From an uncultured Clostridia bacterium (GTDB lineage Bacteria; Bacillota; Clostridia; Christensenellales; UBA1242): DNA of 64,000 nucleotides. The notes under the pieces are model-generated. The model was given only the letters and a program-made list of their open reading frames with translations. It was not told the origin of the DNA and did not search any database. Numbering within the stretch: position 1 is the stretch's first letter; each line of letters opens with the position of its first letter. The position numbers and the translations under genes were made by a program. Below are positions 19,676 through 29,575 of this stretch, one piece after another. The stretch is taken from NCBI GenBank assembly GCA_944383915.1, contig CALWRJ010000010.1:73178-137177 (forward strand), written 5' to 3'.

Positions 19676-20779
19676 TTAAATCTTGTGCATTGGGAGAATT
19701 AGATACAAGTAGTCCTCGCTTTCTTGCGGAACGATTACGCAAGGGTGAACAGGGCTACCATATTTAATTTGTACAAATTCATCTGAAATAACGCGCAACG
19801 CATCAGCAAAAAGTCTACCGTTAAATTCAATTTTAAGGTCCGCACCTGAGTGAGTGGTTTGTAAGTGTTCGGTAATGTTTCCAAGTTCACTTTCACTGCT
19901 AATTACCATATCTTTACCATTAATATCAAATTTAACAATAAAGTTGCGGTCAACACGACTCAACAAGCCTGCTCTCTCAATAGTGTCGAGTAAGTGACGG
20001 CGGTTAACATTTGTAATGGTTGTAAAATCTTGCGGTAAAATTTGTTTGTATGAAACATAATCACTTTGCATACCCATAAGACGAGTCATAAGAATTGTGT
20101 CGTCTAGGTTGATTTGCAAGTGGTTTTTCTGTGTGCAAATCTTGATTAATTGGTCGCTATCAGGAAGTAGGCGAACAATTTCAATCAAACATCTTGCGCT
20201 AACGACTATTCCAAATTCCGCACTTTGAGAAGTAATTGGCTTTTTTATAAGTGCCATACGCACACCGTCAAGCGCAACTCCGCGAATCTCGTTTTGCGCC
20301 ACTTCAAGCAAAATTCCGCGTAGCATTGGGCGAGAATCATCTTGTGCAACGGCAACGCTAGCCTTTGTTACTAAATCTTTAAAATTATCACTGCGAATTT
20401 CTACAAATTCTGGCTGGTCTAATGTCTTGGGCTCTGGAAATTCGCTTGCATCTTGGCATTGGAAGTATGCGTTGTTTTCGCCATAAGTAACATCAAGAGT
20501 TTTGTCCCTTAAATTAAATTCTATTTGATCACTGCTAATTTTACTAGCAAAGTCTGCAAAAAATTTCGCAGGAATAACAGCAACCCCAGGTACTTTTACA
20601 TCGGCTCTAATTGATTTTGTAATTGTGAGTTCGAGATCGGTACAAGTAAGCGTTAGTCGGTCGTCTTCTGCCACCATTTTTACACATTCCAAAATTGGAT
20701 TGGTCGTTCTAACCGCAGCGGCCTTAACGACTTTGAGCACTGCATCTGCAAGTTCTAATCCTTGACAACTAAATTTCAT
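19676..20779 (-). CDS. dnaN: DNA polymerase III beta sliding clamp
   Basis: 367 aa, MKFSC...L..A...V, three-domain clamp-like length and pattern. GAGGTG RBS. Confidence 0.92.
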   Translation of the reverse strand: MKFSCQGLELADAVLKVVKAAAVRTTNPILECVKMVAEDDRLTLTCTDLELTITKSIRADVKVPGVAVIPAKFFADFASKISSDQIEFNLRDKTLDVTYGENNAYFQCQDASEFPEPKTLDQPEFVEIRSDNFKDLVTKASVAVAQDDSRPMLRGILLEVAQNEIRGVALDGVRMALIKKPITSQSAEFGIVVSARCLIEIVRLLPDSDQLIKICTQKNHLQINLDDTILMTRLMGMQSDYVSYKQILPQDFTTITNVNRRHLLDTIERAGLLSRVDRNFIVKFDINGKDMVISSESELGNITEHLQTTHSGADLKIEFNGRLFADALRVISDEFVQIKYGSPVHPCVIVPQESEDYLYLILPMHKI

Positions 20780-20888
20780 CTTTTTTCACCTCGTTAGTTT
20801 TCTTGATGCGTAAATTATACCAAAGATTAACGAAAAAGACAAGACTTATTATTAATTTTGTAAAATTTAAAAAGTTACTTTTTTAAAA

Positions 20889-20916
20889 CAAAAAAGCCTT
20901 ACAGTTTTATAAGGCT
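20889..20916 (-). terminator. rho-independent terminator of the upstream XRE gene
   Basis: agcctta / taaggct stem with a T-run on the minus strand. It separates the XRE gene from dnaN. Confidence 0.6.
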
Positions 20917-21023
20917 TGAATGTTTTATTTAAATTTAAAAGGGTATGTTTTACTGATTTTTACTGCATTGTTTAAAAGGCAAGTAAGATAAAAAATAAAA
21001 TTTAACCTTTTTTTCTAATAATT

Positions 21024-21338
21024 TCATTCTTTTATTGTGAGTTTTTGGATTAGAGCGGAAAGTATTTCGTAATTTTGGTCGTCAAAAGCAAAGTCTACGC
21101 GTTTTGAGCCTTGATAAAGGGAGATAACATTGTTTTTGTCCGAGTTGTCTACGCCGAGTAAATAATTGGGGTCAGTGTCTAAAATTGAGCAAATTTTATT
21201 TAGCATTTCAGGGGGTGGGGTGGTGTTATACAATTCCCATTTACCAATATTTGTTGTGTCTACGCCGAGCATTTCGGCTAGTTTTGCCTGTGTTAGCCCT
21301 TTCTTTTTGCGTAATTCGCGCAATCTTTTGCCGTGCAT
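21024..21338 (-). CDS. XRE-family helix-turn-helix protein
   Basis: LRELRKKKGLTQAKLAEMLGVDTTNIGKWE HTH_3 signature. Confidence 0.8.
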   Translation of the reverse strand: MHGKRLRELRKKKGLTQAKLAEMLGVDTTNIGKWELYNTTPPPEMLNKICSILDTDPNYLLGVDNSDKNNVISLYQGSKRVDFAFDDQNYEILSALIQKLTIKE

Positions 21339-21359
21339 TTGTTACTCCTAGTTAAATTT

Positions 21360-22193
21360 TTAAAAACAAATAATCAAGCCTTTTTCAAGTGCGTAGTACG
21401 AACAAAGTCCGCGCATTTCGTGAATGTCTACCTCTTTAAAAGGACAAACCTCTAGCAACATTTCTTTGATTTTTAGTGCGTCATCAAGGTTATCGCAGTG
21501 GGTGATAACGAGTTTTCTATCCTTAAAGTCTGTGCAACGCTCTTTTGCGAGTTCGACAAGTTTTTTGTACGCACCGAGAGAACCGATAGACTTGCTTACC
21601 ATATCGATAGTGCCTTCTGGGCTTGCGGTACAAACTGGGCGAATAATTAGTGTTTTAGCCATAAAGCCTGCGAATTTAGACATACGCCCGTTGCTTACTA
21701 GATTATCAAATTTGTGTAGGATAAAGAATAGGTTGCGCGATTTAATAAATTCGTCTACCATTTTTATAATTTCTTGAAACTCGCGCCCTTCGTCAATAAG
21801 GGCTACAATTTTATCTACTACTAATTGCATCGTGCCTGATGTAGCAAGAGTGTTGAAAACATAAATATTTTCTTTATTTTTAGCCATATCGCGAGCGACA
21901 ACAGCCGAATTGTATGTGCCAGAAAGTTTGCTAGTCATAGCAACGGCAAAAGTGTATTCACTCTCGTCATAGTGTGAAAGCCATGCTTCTGGACTTGGGC
22001 AAGCCGAGCGCGAGCCGTCTTTACTCTCGTGCATCGCGGTAAGCATTTCGCGTGGGTTAAGAGAATCATTATCTACAAATTCTTTATCTCCTGCGTATAT
22101 AGAAAGCGGAATAATTTTAAATCCTAAATCATCGCGTTTAATGTAATCTGATTTTAAATCGCAACTACTATCAACTAATATTTGATATTTCAT
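21360..22193 (-). CDS. DegV-family fatty-acid-binding protein
   Basis: MKYQILVDSSCDL start and ~280 aa DegV architecture. Confidence 0.88.
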   Translation of the reverse strand: MKYQILVDSSCDLKSDYIKRDDLGFKIIPLSIYAGDKEFVDNDSLNPREMLTAMHESKDGSRSACPSPEAWLSHYDESEYTFAVAMTSKLSGTYNSAVVARDMAKNKENIYVFNTLATSGTMQLVVDKIVALIDEGREFQEIIKMVDEFIKSRNLFFILHKFDNLVSNGRMSKFAGFMAKTLIIRPVCTASPEGTIDMVSKSIGSLGAYKKLVELAKERCTDFKDRKLVITHCDNLDDALKIKEMLLEVCPFKEVDIHEMRGLCSYYALEKGLIICF

Positions 22194-22195
22194 TT

Positions 22196-22804
22196 TTAAT
22201 TCTCCTTATAAATTGCTTTTGAGCCAGCAATATGATACTTGTCTATTTTTTTGAGAAGTACCTTTTTTTCGTCATCACTTTTGTCCATTTCTAAAACTTG
22301 TACATACATTTGCACATTGCTTGCGATTGTCATCGCGGATATTTCAAGGAAGTGCCTAGGTAAGTCTTGATTTAGCCGAAAAATTGTTTTCTTTTTGTAT
22401 GTGAGCAAATTTTCGACAATCAAATCGAGTCGTTTATCGTATTCGCTCCCTAGGTAGTGATTTTTAAGAATTATACACCGCAGGGCATTTTTTATAAAGA
22501 AGGGATAAAAAGTTTTATCAAACCACTTCTCAATCTCAGGCTGTGCAGTGCCTACGATAATTTCGATGTGGTAAATTGTGCGCTTTACTAAAAGGTCGTG
22601 CATCTCTTCAAGAAATTCATCAGTAATGAGATTTTCGTAAATGTCTGCCTTGCTTTCAAAGTACTTATACACATTACCAGTAGAAATTCCACATTCGCGC
22701 GCAATGTCTTTTATTGAAGTTTCGTTATATCCGTTCTTTGCAAATGAGTGAAGCGCGGTGTCCAAAATCGCTTCCCTTATGTTCTCTTTTTTACATTGTG
22801 CCAT
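22196..22804 (-). CDS. TetR/AcrR-family transcriptional regulator
   Basis: N-terminal HTH (FAKNGYNETSIKDIARECGISTGNVYKYFESK). Lies 2 nt upstream of degV. Confidence 0.88.
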   Translation of the reverse strand: MAQCKKENIREAILDTALHSFAKNGYNETSIKDIARECGISTGNVYKYFESKADIYENLITDEFLEEMHDLLVKRTIYHIEIIVGTAQPEIEKWFDKTFYPFFIKNALRCIILKNHYLGSEYDKRLDLIVENLLTYKKKTIFRLNQDLPRHFLEISAMTIASNVQMYVQVLEMDKSDDEKKVLLKKIDKYHIAGSKAIYKEN

Positions 22805-22967
22805 ACTCCGTCCTTATTACAAAAGTGAACTTACATTCACTATTATACTTATTATGCGCAAATAGTCAAATGATTGAACACTTTTTTAAAAAAATTTATA
22901 GAAAACTTGCTTTTAAATTTTTGCTTATGTATAATATTGTCTATAATTGTATTATAAAGGGGGAAGT

Positions 22968-23666
22968 ATGGCATACAAACGCGAAAATTCGACAAGTTAC
23001 GCACTCGGCGCTTTTGCTACATTAGAGTTGATAAAATATAGACCGAGTGAAATCGTAAAAATATACACTCACAAATCTATGAAAGTTTCGCAAGACATCG
23101 AAAAAATTATTTCTTTTGCAAAATCACATAATATTCAAGTTGTTGAGAATAGTCATTTAATAGAAAATATTAGTAAAAAAGAAAATATATACATTATGGG
23201 TGAGTTTAGAAAATACACTAGCGAACTTAAAAGTGGCAATCAAATTGTTTTGTATCAACCTAGTGATATGGGAAATCTCGGTACAATTTGTCGTACTTCT
23301 CTTGGCTTTGGCGTGGATAACATAGTTTTAATAACACCATGCGCCGATATTTTCAACCCTAAAACAATTCGCGCATCTATGGGGGCGGTGTTTGGGTTGA
23401 ATATTGTTGAATATGACTCTTTTGAAAGTTATGCTAAAGTTAACGATATTAAAAAATATTTATTTATGCTAGGTAGCAAGCAAACTTTGCAAGATTTGGT
23501 TGTGCCGAATGAACCTGTGGCGTTAGTGTTTGGTAACGAAGCAAGTGGCCTGCCTAAAAGTGTATTAAAATTTGGCACGCCTATATTTATTCGCCACAAT
23601 GATAAAATTGATTCATTAAATCTTGCGAACTCTGTGGCGATTGCGCTTTTTAAGTTTAGTAAATAG
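22968..23666 (+). CDS. SpoU/TrmH-family RNA 2'-O-methyltransferase
   Basis: SPOUT C-terminal motifs (GNLGTICRT, VFGNEASGL, SLNLANSVAIALF). ATG at 22968 with AAAGGGGGA RBS. Confidence 0.85.
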   Translation: MAYKRENSTSYALGAFATLELIKYRPSEIVKIYTHKSMKVSQDIEKIISFAKSHNIQVVENSHLIENISKKENIYIMGEFRKYTSELKSGNQIVLYQPSDMGNLGTICRTSLGFGVDNIVLITPCADIFNPKTIRASMGAVFGLNIVEYDSFESYAKVNDIKKYLFMLGSKQTLQDLVVPNEPVALVFGNEASGLPKSVLKFGTPIFIRHNDKIDSLNLANSVAIALFKFSK

Positions 23667-23945
23667 TAGAGTTGGGCAATAGTAAATAGTACGATAATCT
23701 GAGCGCAAAGCGAGTAAGTTACTTTGTGTGTTAAAATCAAAGATATATTTTTAAAAAAGTCGGTTTTTCGTATTATTTTAAATATTACTATTGATACCAA
23801 AATACAGTCGTTTATAACACATAGTCATAAAATTTTGCGGTATAGTTGCTATTTTTAGCGAGTATATTGCAAATTTACTAGATTTAGTATATTTTTAAAA
23901 AGTTTGTTTAATATAAAGTTAGAGGCAAACTAGTAGGAGAGAAAA

Positions 23946-24674
23946 ATGATAAATTTTTTAGAGAATAAAAAGTTATTTATTATCAATATTGTTTTAGCAG
24001 TTGTAATAATTGCGATGGATATTTGCCTTATTTGCGTAGGAGAGCCTTATATTTTTAAAGTGCTTGCAAGTGTCTTTTTTGTAGTTATGGGGGCGGTGAA
24101 TTTTGCCTTTATATTAATGGAAAAAAGCGAGCGCAAGCCTTTATTTAAGTACTTAATGCTTGTTGGGTTAATCTTTGCGTGCCTTGGAGATATAATTTTA
24201 ATTAGCAATTTTGTAGTTGGCGCGGTTTTATTTGCAATAGGGCATATATTCTTTTTCGCTGGGTATTCGGTGCTTGTAAAACCGAAGTGGCGCGACTTAA
24301 TTATTTCGCTAATTTTGTTTGCGATTGCGTTGATTGTAATTCTAGTACCGCAAATTTATGACTTCCGCGGAATGATGGCTGTCGTCATCGTATATGCATT
24401 AATTATTTGCTTTATGCTAGGGAAGGCGATATCAAATGTTTTTGGAAAAGAATATAGAGCGGAAAATATTTTAATTATGATTGGTAGCCTATTATTCTTT
24501 TTGTCTGATATGATGTTGCTATTTAATAATTTTACGGACTTTTCTAATGTTTTTGGAATTTTATGTTTAGTGCTATACTATCCAGCAGAAATTATTTTAG
24601 CAGGTTCTATTTACTACTCAAATAAGAAAATTGATTATTCAAAAAGTGCTGTAATGGAGAGCGGAAATAAATAA
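23946..24674 (+). CDS. YhhN-family (lysoplasmalogenase-like) membrane protein
   Basis: ~8 TM segments. GDIILI and FAIGHIFF motifs are typical of YhhN/TMEM86. Confidence 0.7.
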   Translation: MINFLENKKLFIINIVLAVVIIAMDICLICVGEPYIFKVLASVFFVVMGAVNFAFILMEKSERKPLFKYLMLVGLIFACLGDIILISNFVVGAVLFAIGHIFFFAGYSVLVKPKWRDLIISLILFAIALIVILVPQIYDFRGMMAVVIVYALIICFMLGKAISNVFGKEYRAENILIMIGSLLFFLSDMMLLFNNFTDFSNVFGILCLVLYYPAEIILAGSIYYSNKKIDYSKSAVMESGNK

Positions 24675-24824
24675 GCATAAAAATATTTAAACCTATTTTA
24701 AGTTTTAAATATTAGAAGGCTACATTTTAGCGTAACATTTTTTGCATTTTGATAAAATTTTAATAAATAATTCGATTATAAAGTTAACAATTAATTGTAT
24801 TTACTGTATCCTTTAATAAATAAA

Positions 24825-24857
24825 AGAGATAACGCTTTTGTGTGTTATCTCTTTTTT
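24825..24857 (+). terminator. rho-independent terminator
   Basis: agagataac / gttatctct stem plus a T-run. Confidence 0.6.
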
Positions 24858-25027
24858 GATAAAGTAATTTATTTTGAATTTTTATATTAATAACAAATTA
24901 CGCCACTTCTTTTAAAATATTTAAGGTGTTCATTGTGTTAGGGAAACCAACATAAGGCAAGCATTGTAGCATAGTGGCAATAATTAGTTCACTATCGCTA
25001 TTAGTTATTTACAGGCAAAGCAAAGTG

Positions 25028-25600
25028 CTAGTTTTGTGGAACTTTAAAATTTTTTGGAAGGCGGGCAACTATTGTGCGCGGGGTGGCGACATTATTATCA
25101 TCCCCCATAGCCTCGACAATGCTTGTGTCGCTCGTGGTAGCAATTTTTACTCGTGGTGCAAAAGTGCCATTTGTGTATTTTTTGCTTGTGTCATTTATGA
25201 GAATAACTCCGTCACTGCTTCCTATTATCATTTTTGGGGTAAAGGAAGTGTCTTTTGTTGTAATAGAAGTTATATAAAATTTGTCGTCAAATTCGATTTC
25301 GTTTACATAGCCTAAAAAGTTGCCACTAATTGAGAAAACTAGCGAATTTAATAAGCTTGGAATTGTGATATCCGCCGTTACATTAAGTGCGTTGCGGTTG
25401 CGAATAATTACTGCATCGTTTATAGCAAAAATTCTCTCAATTGGCACTAAAAATGTCGTTTCGTCATCATTTCCAGAAACTAGCAAATAGCGTGCGCGAG
25501 TGCGTTTTTGATTAAATAAAATATTTATAACCACGCCAACAACAGCGCAGTTGTGCGCGCAAATTACTTGCGCTCCTATAATTTCGGTAAATTTTTTCAT
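25028..25600 (-). CDS. PRC-barrel domain protein (two modules)
   Basis: N-terminus resembles YlmC/YmxH-type PRC barrels (EIIGAQVI...VGVV..I......R..YLLV). AGGAG RBS. Confidence 0.55.
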   Translation of the reverse strand: MKKFTEIIGAQVICAHNCAVVGVVINILFNQKRTRARYLLVSGNDDETTFLVPIERIFAINDAVIIRNRNALNVTADITIPSLLNSLVFSISGNFLGYVNEIEFDDKFYITSITTKDTSFTPKMIIGSSDGVILINDTSKKYTNGTFAPRVKIATTSDTSIVEAMGDDNNVATPRTIVARLPKNFKVPQN

Positions 25601-25817
25601 ATCATACTCCTTTTTGTGATTTTTATTAAAATCTATGCTAACTCAAACTTCTTTTTTCCTAAAAATAAAGACAACTTTTAGCGAAAAATGTTTGCTTGTT
25701 CTTTTTTGTTTTCAAAAAAAGCGTCTTTTAGATTAAAATTGAATAAATTTCCTTTTTTAGTTTGCAAAAAATATTATTTGTGTAGTATAATAAGAAAAAT
25801 AAGTAAAGTAGGTAAAT

Positions 25818-27089
25818 ATGGGTTTTTTCGATTTATTTAAAAAAAAGAAACAAAGCGCTCTCCAACTTCCCGAAAAATTCAGCAGTGGGTTTATTCAGCC
25901 ACTTACTTCACAGCGTCTCGAAATAAAACTGGGCGAAAAATTGATAGTAAACGATGGTTGGAGTGCGTGTATAGTAGTAAAAGACAAACCACAAGATGTT
26001 TTTGGGGCGGGTGAGTATGAGTTAAATTTACCTATGATACCGCGCACGACTCGCGCTCTCAAACTTGATAAAAGCCGTATTGTAAAGCACAAAGGCAAGC
26101 AAGAGGTAGTTTTTAAAAATTCTTTTAAGTGCGACTTGTATTTTGTCAATATGGCGCCTTTTACCCTTCAACCGTGGCAAGCAAACCGAGTTAGCAAGAA
26201 AAATAAATTGCACGGCAAATTTAATGTTGCGTTAAACGGGACTTGTACATTTCAAACAACAAATGTAGTTGATAGTATAAAGTTATTTTTGTTAGAATGG
26301 GCAAAAATTCCAGCAGGAAAAGCGCAAGGACGTTTGCTCGAATATATTAGCGAATTTGCAAGTTCTGCGTTGGAGTGGAGCAGGGTTAGTGAGCCAGAGA
26401 TTATTAACGACAAAGTCAAAATTGCTGAAATTATTAAAGAAGGCGTTTCTAAAAATTTAAATAAGTACGGAATAGCCCTTTCTGATTTTGTTGTGGACGA
26501 AGTTATTTTTGATAGAAATATCTCGGCATATTTAGAGCAGAAAAAGCGCGATGAGCCTGAAATTAAAGCAGATGAGATTGTAAATAACCTAAATCTCGAA
26601 AAAGAGAGTGAGCCCGTAACAATTAATCTTGACAACGCAAGTGAAAGTACTGTAAGTGTCGAAAAAGACAGTAAACAAACAAATGCCGATGCGCAAGTTG
26701 TAAATCTTGATGAAGCAAATATTGAGAATGAAAAAGTTGTATTAAAAAAGGACAACAAAAAGTCTAAAAAATCTAAAAAAATAGAAAAAATTGACGAAAA
26801 ATTGTCAGAAAATAAAGAAAACACAAAAGAAAATGCCGAAGTAATTAATTTGGATAATGGCAAAGATGAAAAGGTTGAAACAAACCCTGAACCGCTAGAT
26901 TTTACAACAATGAGCGATGCGGAACTTTTAAAAAGCATTGTAAAAAAAGGAAGTAAAAAGGCGCAAAATAATGACAAAGCAAAAGAAAGCGAAAACGACT
27001 TGCCCGAAAATTCGAAAAAATGTCCAAATTGCGGAAAAATTCACAACAGTGATGACAAGATTTGTGATTGTGGTTGCAATTTAGAATAA
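25818..27089 (+). CDS. SPFH-domain protein with C-terminal zinc ribbon (COG4260/YdjI-like) and K/E/N-rich linker
   Basis: MGFFDLFKKK start, ~240-aa SPFH-like body, low-complexity linker, CPNCGKIHNSDDKICDCGCNL ribbon. Confidence 0.6.
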   Translation: MGFFDLFKKKKQSALQLPEKFSSGFIQPLTSQRLEIKLGEKLIVNDGWSACIVVKDKPQDVFGAGEYELNLPMIPRTTRALKLDKSRIVKHKGKQEVVFKNSFKCDLYFVNMAPFTLQPWQANRVSKKNKLHGKFNVALNGTCTFQTTNVVDSIKLFLLEWAKIPAGKAQGRLLEYISEFASSALEWSRVSEPEIINDKVKIAEIIKEGVSKNLNKYGIALSDFVVDEVIFDRNISAYLEQKKRDEPEIKADEIVNNLNLEKESEPVTINLDNASESTVSVEKDSKQTNADAQVVNLDEANIENEKVVLKKDNKKSKKSKKIEKIDEKLSENKENTKENAEVINLDNGKDEKVETNPEPLDFTTMSDAELLKSIVKKGSKKAQNNDKAKESENDLPENSKKCPNCGKIHNSDDKICDCGCNLE

Positions 27090-27155
27090 TTTGGAGTATA
27101 ATATCTTTTATACCACACAAACTAATTTGTGTTGAGTAAAAAGGAGAAAAGTAAA

Positions 27156-27458
27156 ATGGCTTTTAATAAAGATATGACTTTAGGCGAGATTTTAGATGCT
27201 AATCCAGATGCACGCGCAGTGCTAGAAGGTTTTGGAATGCACTGTTGCGGTTGCCCTGTTAGTCAAGCAGAAACATTAGACGAGGCTTGCGATGTGCACG
27301 GCGTAGAACTTGATTTAGTATTAAACGAGTTAAATAGACTCGATGCTTCTTGCGGATGCGGAGACCCTGCTTGCAAGTGTGGTGACGATTGCAACTGCAC
27401 ACCCGAGAATAACTGCGGTTGTTCTTGCGGAAGCGAAGCCGAAAGCAAAAGTGAATAG
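27156..27458 (+). CDS. DUF1858 (hybrid-cluster-protein-associated redox disulfide) domain protein with Cys-rich tail
   Basis: TLGEILD..P....VLEGFGMHCCGCPVSQAETLDEAC signature. AAGGAG RBS 9 nt upstream of the ATG at 27156. Confidence 0.75.
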   Translation: MAFNKDMTLGEILDANPDARAVLEGFGMHCCGCPVSQAETLDEACDVHGVELDLVLNELNRLDASCGCGDPACKCGDDCNCTPENNCGCSCGSEAESKSE

Positions 27459-27607
27459 TTTATTAAACACGCAAAAAGTGAAATTTATAGATTTTAAACT
27501 CATTAAATAGCGTGTTTTTCTTATTTTAAAAGGCATAAAGTAAAATTTAAACACAAATTTATAAAATAATTCATAAAGTACTTAAAACCTTTTTAGGAGA
27601 GTATTTT

Positions 27608-28681
27608 ATGCCTTATAATAATCCTCAAAATTACTTAATTGCAGGAAATGACGAACACGGGGTAAACCCGCCAACATTAGGAAAACGCACACCTGTTATG
27701 CCTTATATTAATAGGCAAATTTACGAAAACGAATTTAATTACGCCGCGAAAAATGCCTTTTTGGCGGACTGCTTGCGAATAGGCTTTAATATTTTAGATG
27801 TTAAACCAAATAGGCAAGATTTATCAATTTCGGAGCGTGTAACAATAGTAAATAGGGCTCGTCCTAGTGCGCTTGTTACATTTGCATACAACGCCTTTGG
27901 CGATGGCACGACTTTTAATGATGCAAACGGGCTAGAAGGATATTATTCGCCACTTAATCCTTATCCTACGCAAAGCCGGAATCTTGCAGATTTGGTGTAT
28001 AGTAGCATCTTGCTTGCGACAAATTCTAATGCGCGTGGAGTAAAACCGCTTGATGTGGGAATGTTAAGTAATGTTAATACTATTGCCTGCCTTATGGAGT
28101 GTGGTTTTATGACAAATTTCCGCGAAGCAAAACTTATGCTTGACCCTGATTTTGTGAATGCAGTTGGGCGCGCTGCTTGTCGTGGTGTTTGTCAGTATTT
28201 TAATGTCGAATATATAAATATAGAAGACTTCACTTTTAGTACTTTAAGAGTTGGGAGTCAGGGTAGTCTTGTTAGATATCTGCAATTTTTATTAAAAACA
28301 TTAGGTTATTCAGTAGGGAGCGTAGACGGAATTTTTGGAAGTAATACAGAAAATGCGGTGCGTGCTTTCCAACAGGCGAACGGACTTGACCCGGACGGAA
28401 TAGTTGGGCGGTTAACATGGTATAAACTAAATAATTTGACGCCTGAAGCAAGTACTTTGCGATATGGCAGTTATGGTGCGGAAGTGCGCTATTTACAGCA
28501 AAAATTATATAGTAAACTTTATCCTGTTGGTACGATTGACGGAATTTTTGGAGCGAACACACAGCAAGCGGTAAAAGATTTTCAACAAGCAAATGGGTTA
28601 GTGGTAGACGGAATAGTCGGCAAAAATACCTGGGCTGCGATTGCTGATGAAAGTACTTCGCGTCCGTATCCTACCGAGTAA
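27608..28681 (+). CDS. N-acetylmuramoyl-L-alanine amidase (Amidase_3-like) with two PG_binding_1 repeats
   Basis: LMECGFMTNFREA amidase motif. Two GIFGxNTxxAVxxFQQANGLxxDGIVG repeats. The position usually holding the third Zn-ligand His seems to read FAYNAF and needs a proper alignment. Confidence 0.78.
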   Translation: MPYNNPQNYLIAGNDEHGVNPPTLGKRTPVMPYINRQIYENEFNYAAKNAFLADCLRIGFNILDVKPNRQDLSISERVTIVNRARPSALVTFAYNAFGDGTTFNDANGLEGYYSPLNPYPTQSRNLADLVYSSILLATNSNARGVKPLDVGMLSNVNTIACLMECGFMTNFREAKLMLDPDFVNAVGRAACRGVCQYFNVEYINIEDFTFSTLRVGSQGSLVRYLQFLLKTLGYSVGSVDGIFGSNTENAVRAFQQANGLDPDGIVGRLTWYKLNNLTPEASTLRYGSYGAEVRYLQQKLYSKLYPVGTIDGIFGANTQQAVKDFQQANGLVVDGIVGKNTWAAIADESTSRPYPTE

Positions 28682-28759
28682 TTGTATTTTGGGCTTGCTT
28701 TTTATTAAAAAATATGATATAATATAAATTATAATAGTAATTAAGGAGAAAAATCACTT

Positions 28760-29185
28760 ATGGAAAACGACAAAATCGAAGTTGATGGGCAAGCAACTCC
28801 TGTTGTAAAACTTGATGACGACATCAATACTTTTGAAAGTAACGACAAAGACCCCAATCTTAATTTTGACAAGCAAAAGGCACGCGAGGAAAGCGAAAAA
28901 GAGCGCGTTGAAATTGAAGAGCCTGTAGAACGCAAATTTACAATTTCATTAAGTATGCTAAACATAATTTTAAGTGTTGTGGCAATTACTCTTGGTGTGC
29001 TTGTGCGTTTGTTTGCAATGAATGGTTGGGGCGTTGTAGTGCTAGTATTTTATTGGCTTGCAGTGATTGCTTTGATTGCGACTTTGGCAATTTATATCGT
29101 TCAATTAATTAAAGACAAAAAAGTTGCATTTGACCCGTCATTTGTTTTATTAATACTTGCAATTTTGATAACCGCAGTTATTTAA
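28760..29185 (+). CDS. hypothetical membrane protein (acidic N-terminus, 3 TM)
   Basis: AAGGAG RBS. Hydrophobic C-terminal half. Confidence 0.5.
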   Translation: MENDKIEVDGQATPVVKLDDDINTFESNDKDPNLNFDKQKAREESEKERVEIEEPVERKFTISLSMLNIILSVVAITLGVLVRLFAMNGWGVVVLVFYWLAVIALIATLAIYIVQLIKDKKVAFDPSFVLLILAILITAVI

Positions 29186-29199
29186 TGTAAAAAATGAAA

Positions 29200-29226
29200 A
29201 ATACTGTATAAAGGCAGTATTTTTTG
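29200..29226. terminator. rho-independent terminator
   Basis: aatactg / cagtatt stem plus a T-run. Confidence 0.6.
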
Positions 29227-29229
29227 TTT

Positions 29230-29421
29230 TTATTTAATTATTGCTACGTACCATTTTTTATTTTGCGGGCACCTTAAAACCGCGTAGTTAGGGCACGAGC
29301 GCCACAAATATTCGGGAGTGTGCCCGTTCGCGTTGTATGCGTACTCTAAAACTTCTTTGCGAGTTGCTCCGTCTATTTTTTTCCATAATTTTTCACCTTT
29401 GTTGTAACTTTTTACAATCAA
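29230..29421 (-). pseudogene. N-terminal fragment of an MmcQ/YjbR-family protein
   Basis: 63 aa with EYLWRSCPNYAVLR..NKKWYVAI resembles the first half of ~115-aa YjbR proteins. TTG start, no RBS. Confidence 0.45.
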
Positions 29422-29575
29422 TATAATTGTATAACATTTATTAGTATTTTCAAAATAAAATTAAAGATTTTAATATTTTAGCATAATAAAATAAAAATAA
29501 AAAACAACTATTTTTGCAAAAAATCTATTGACTTAAAGGCGGGAATTTAATAATATAATATCTACGAGGTTTAAA

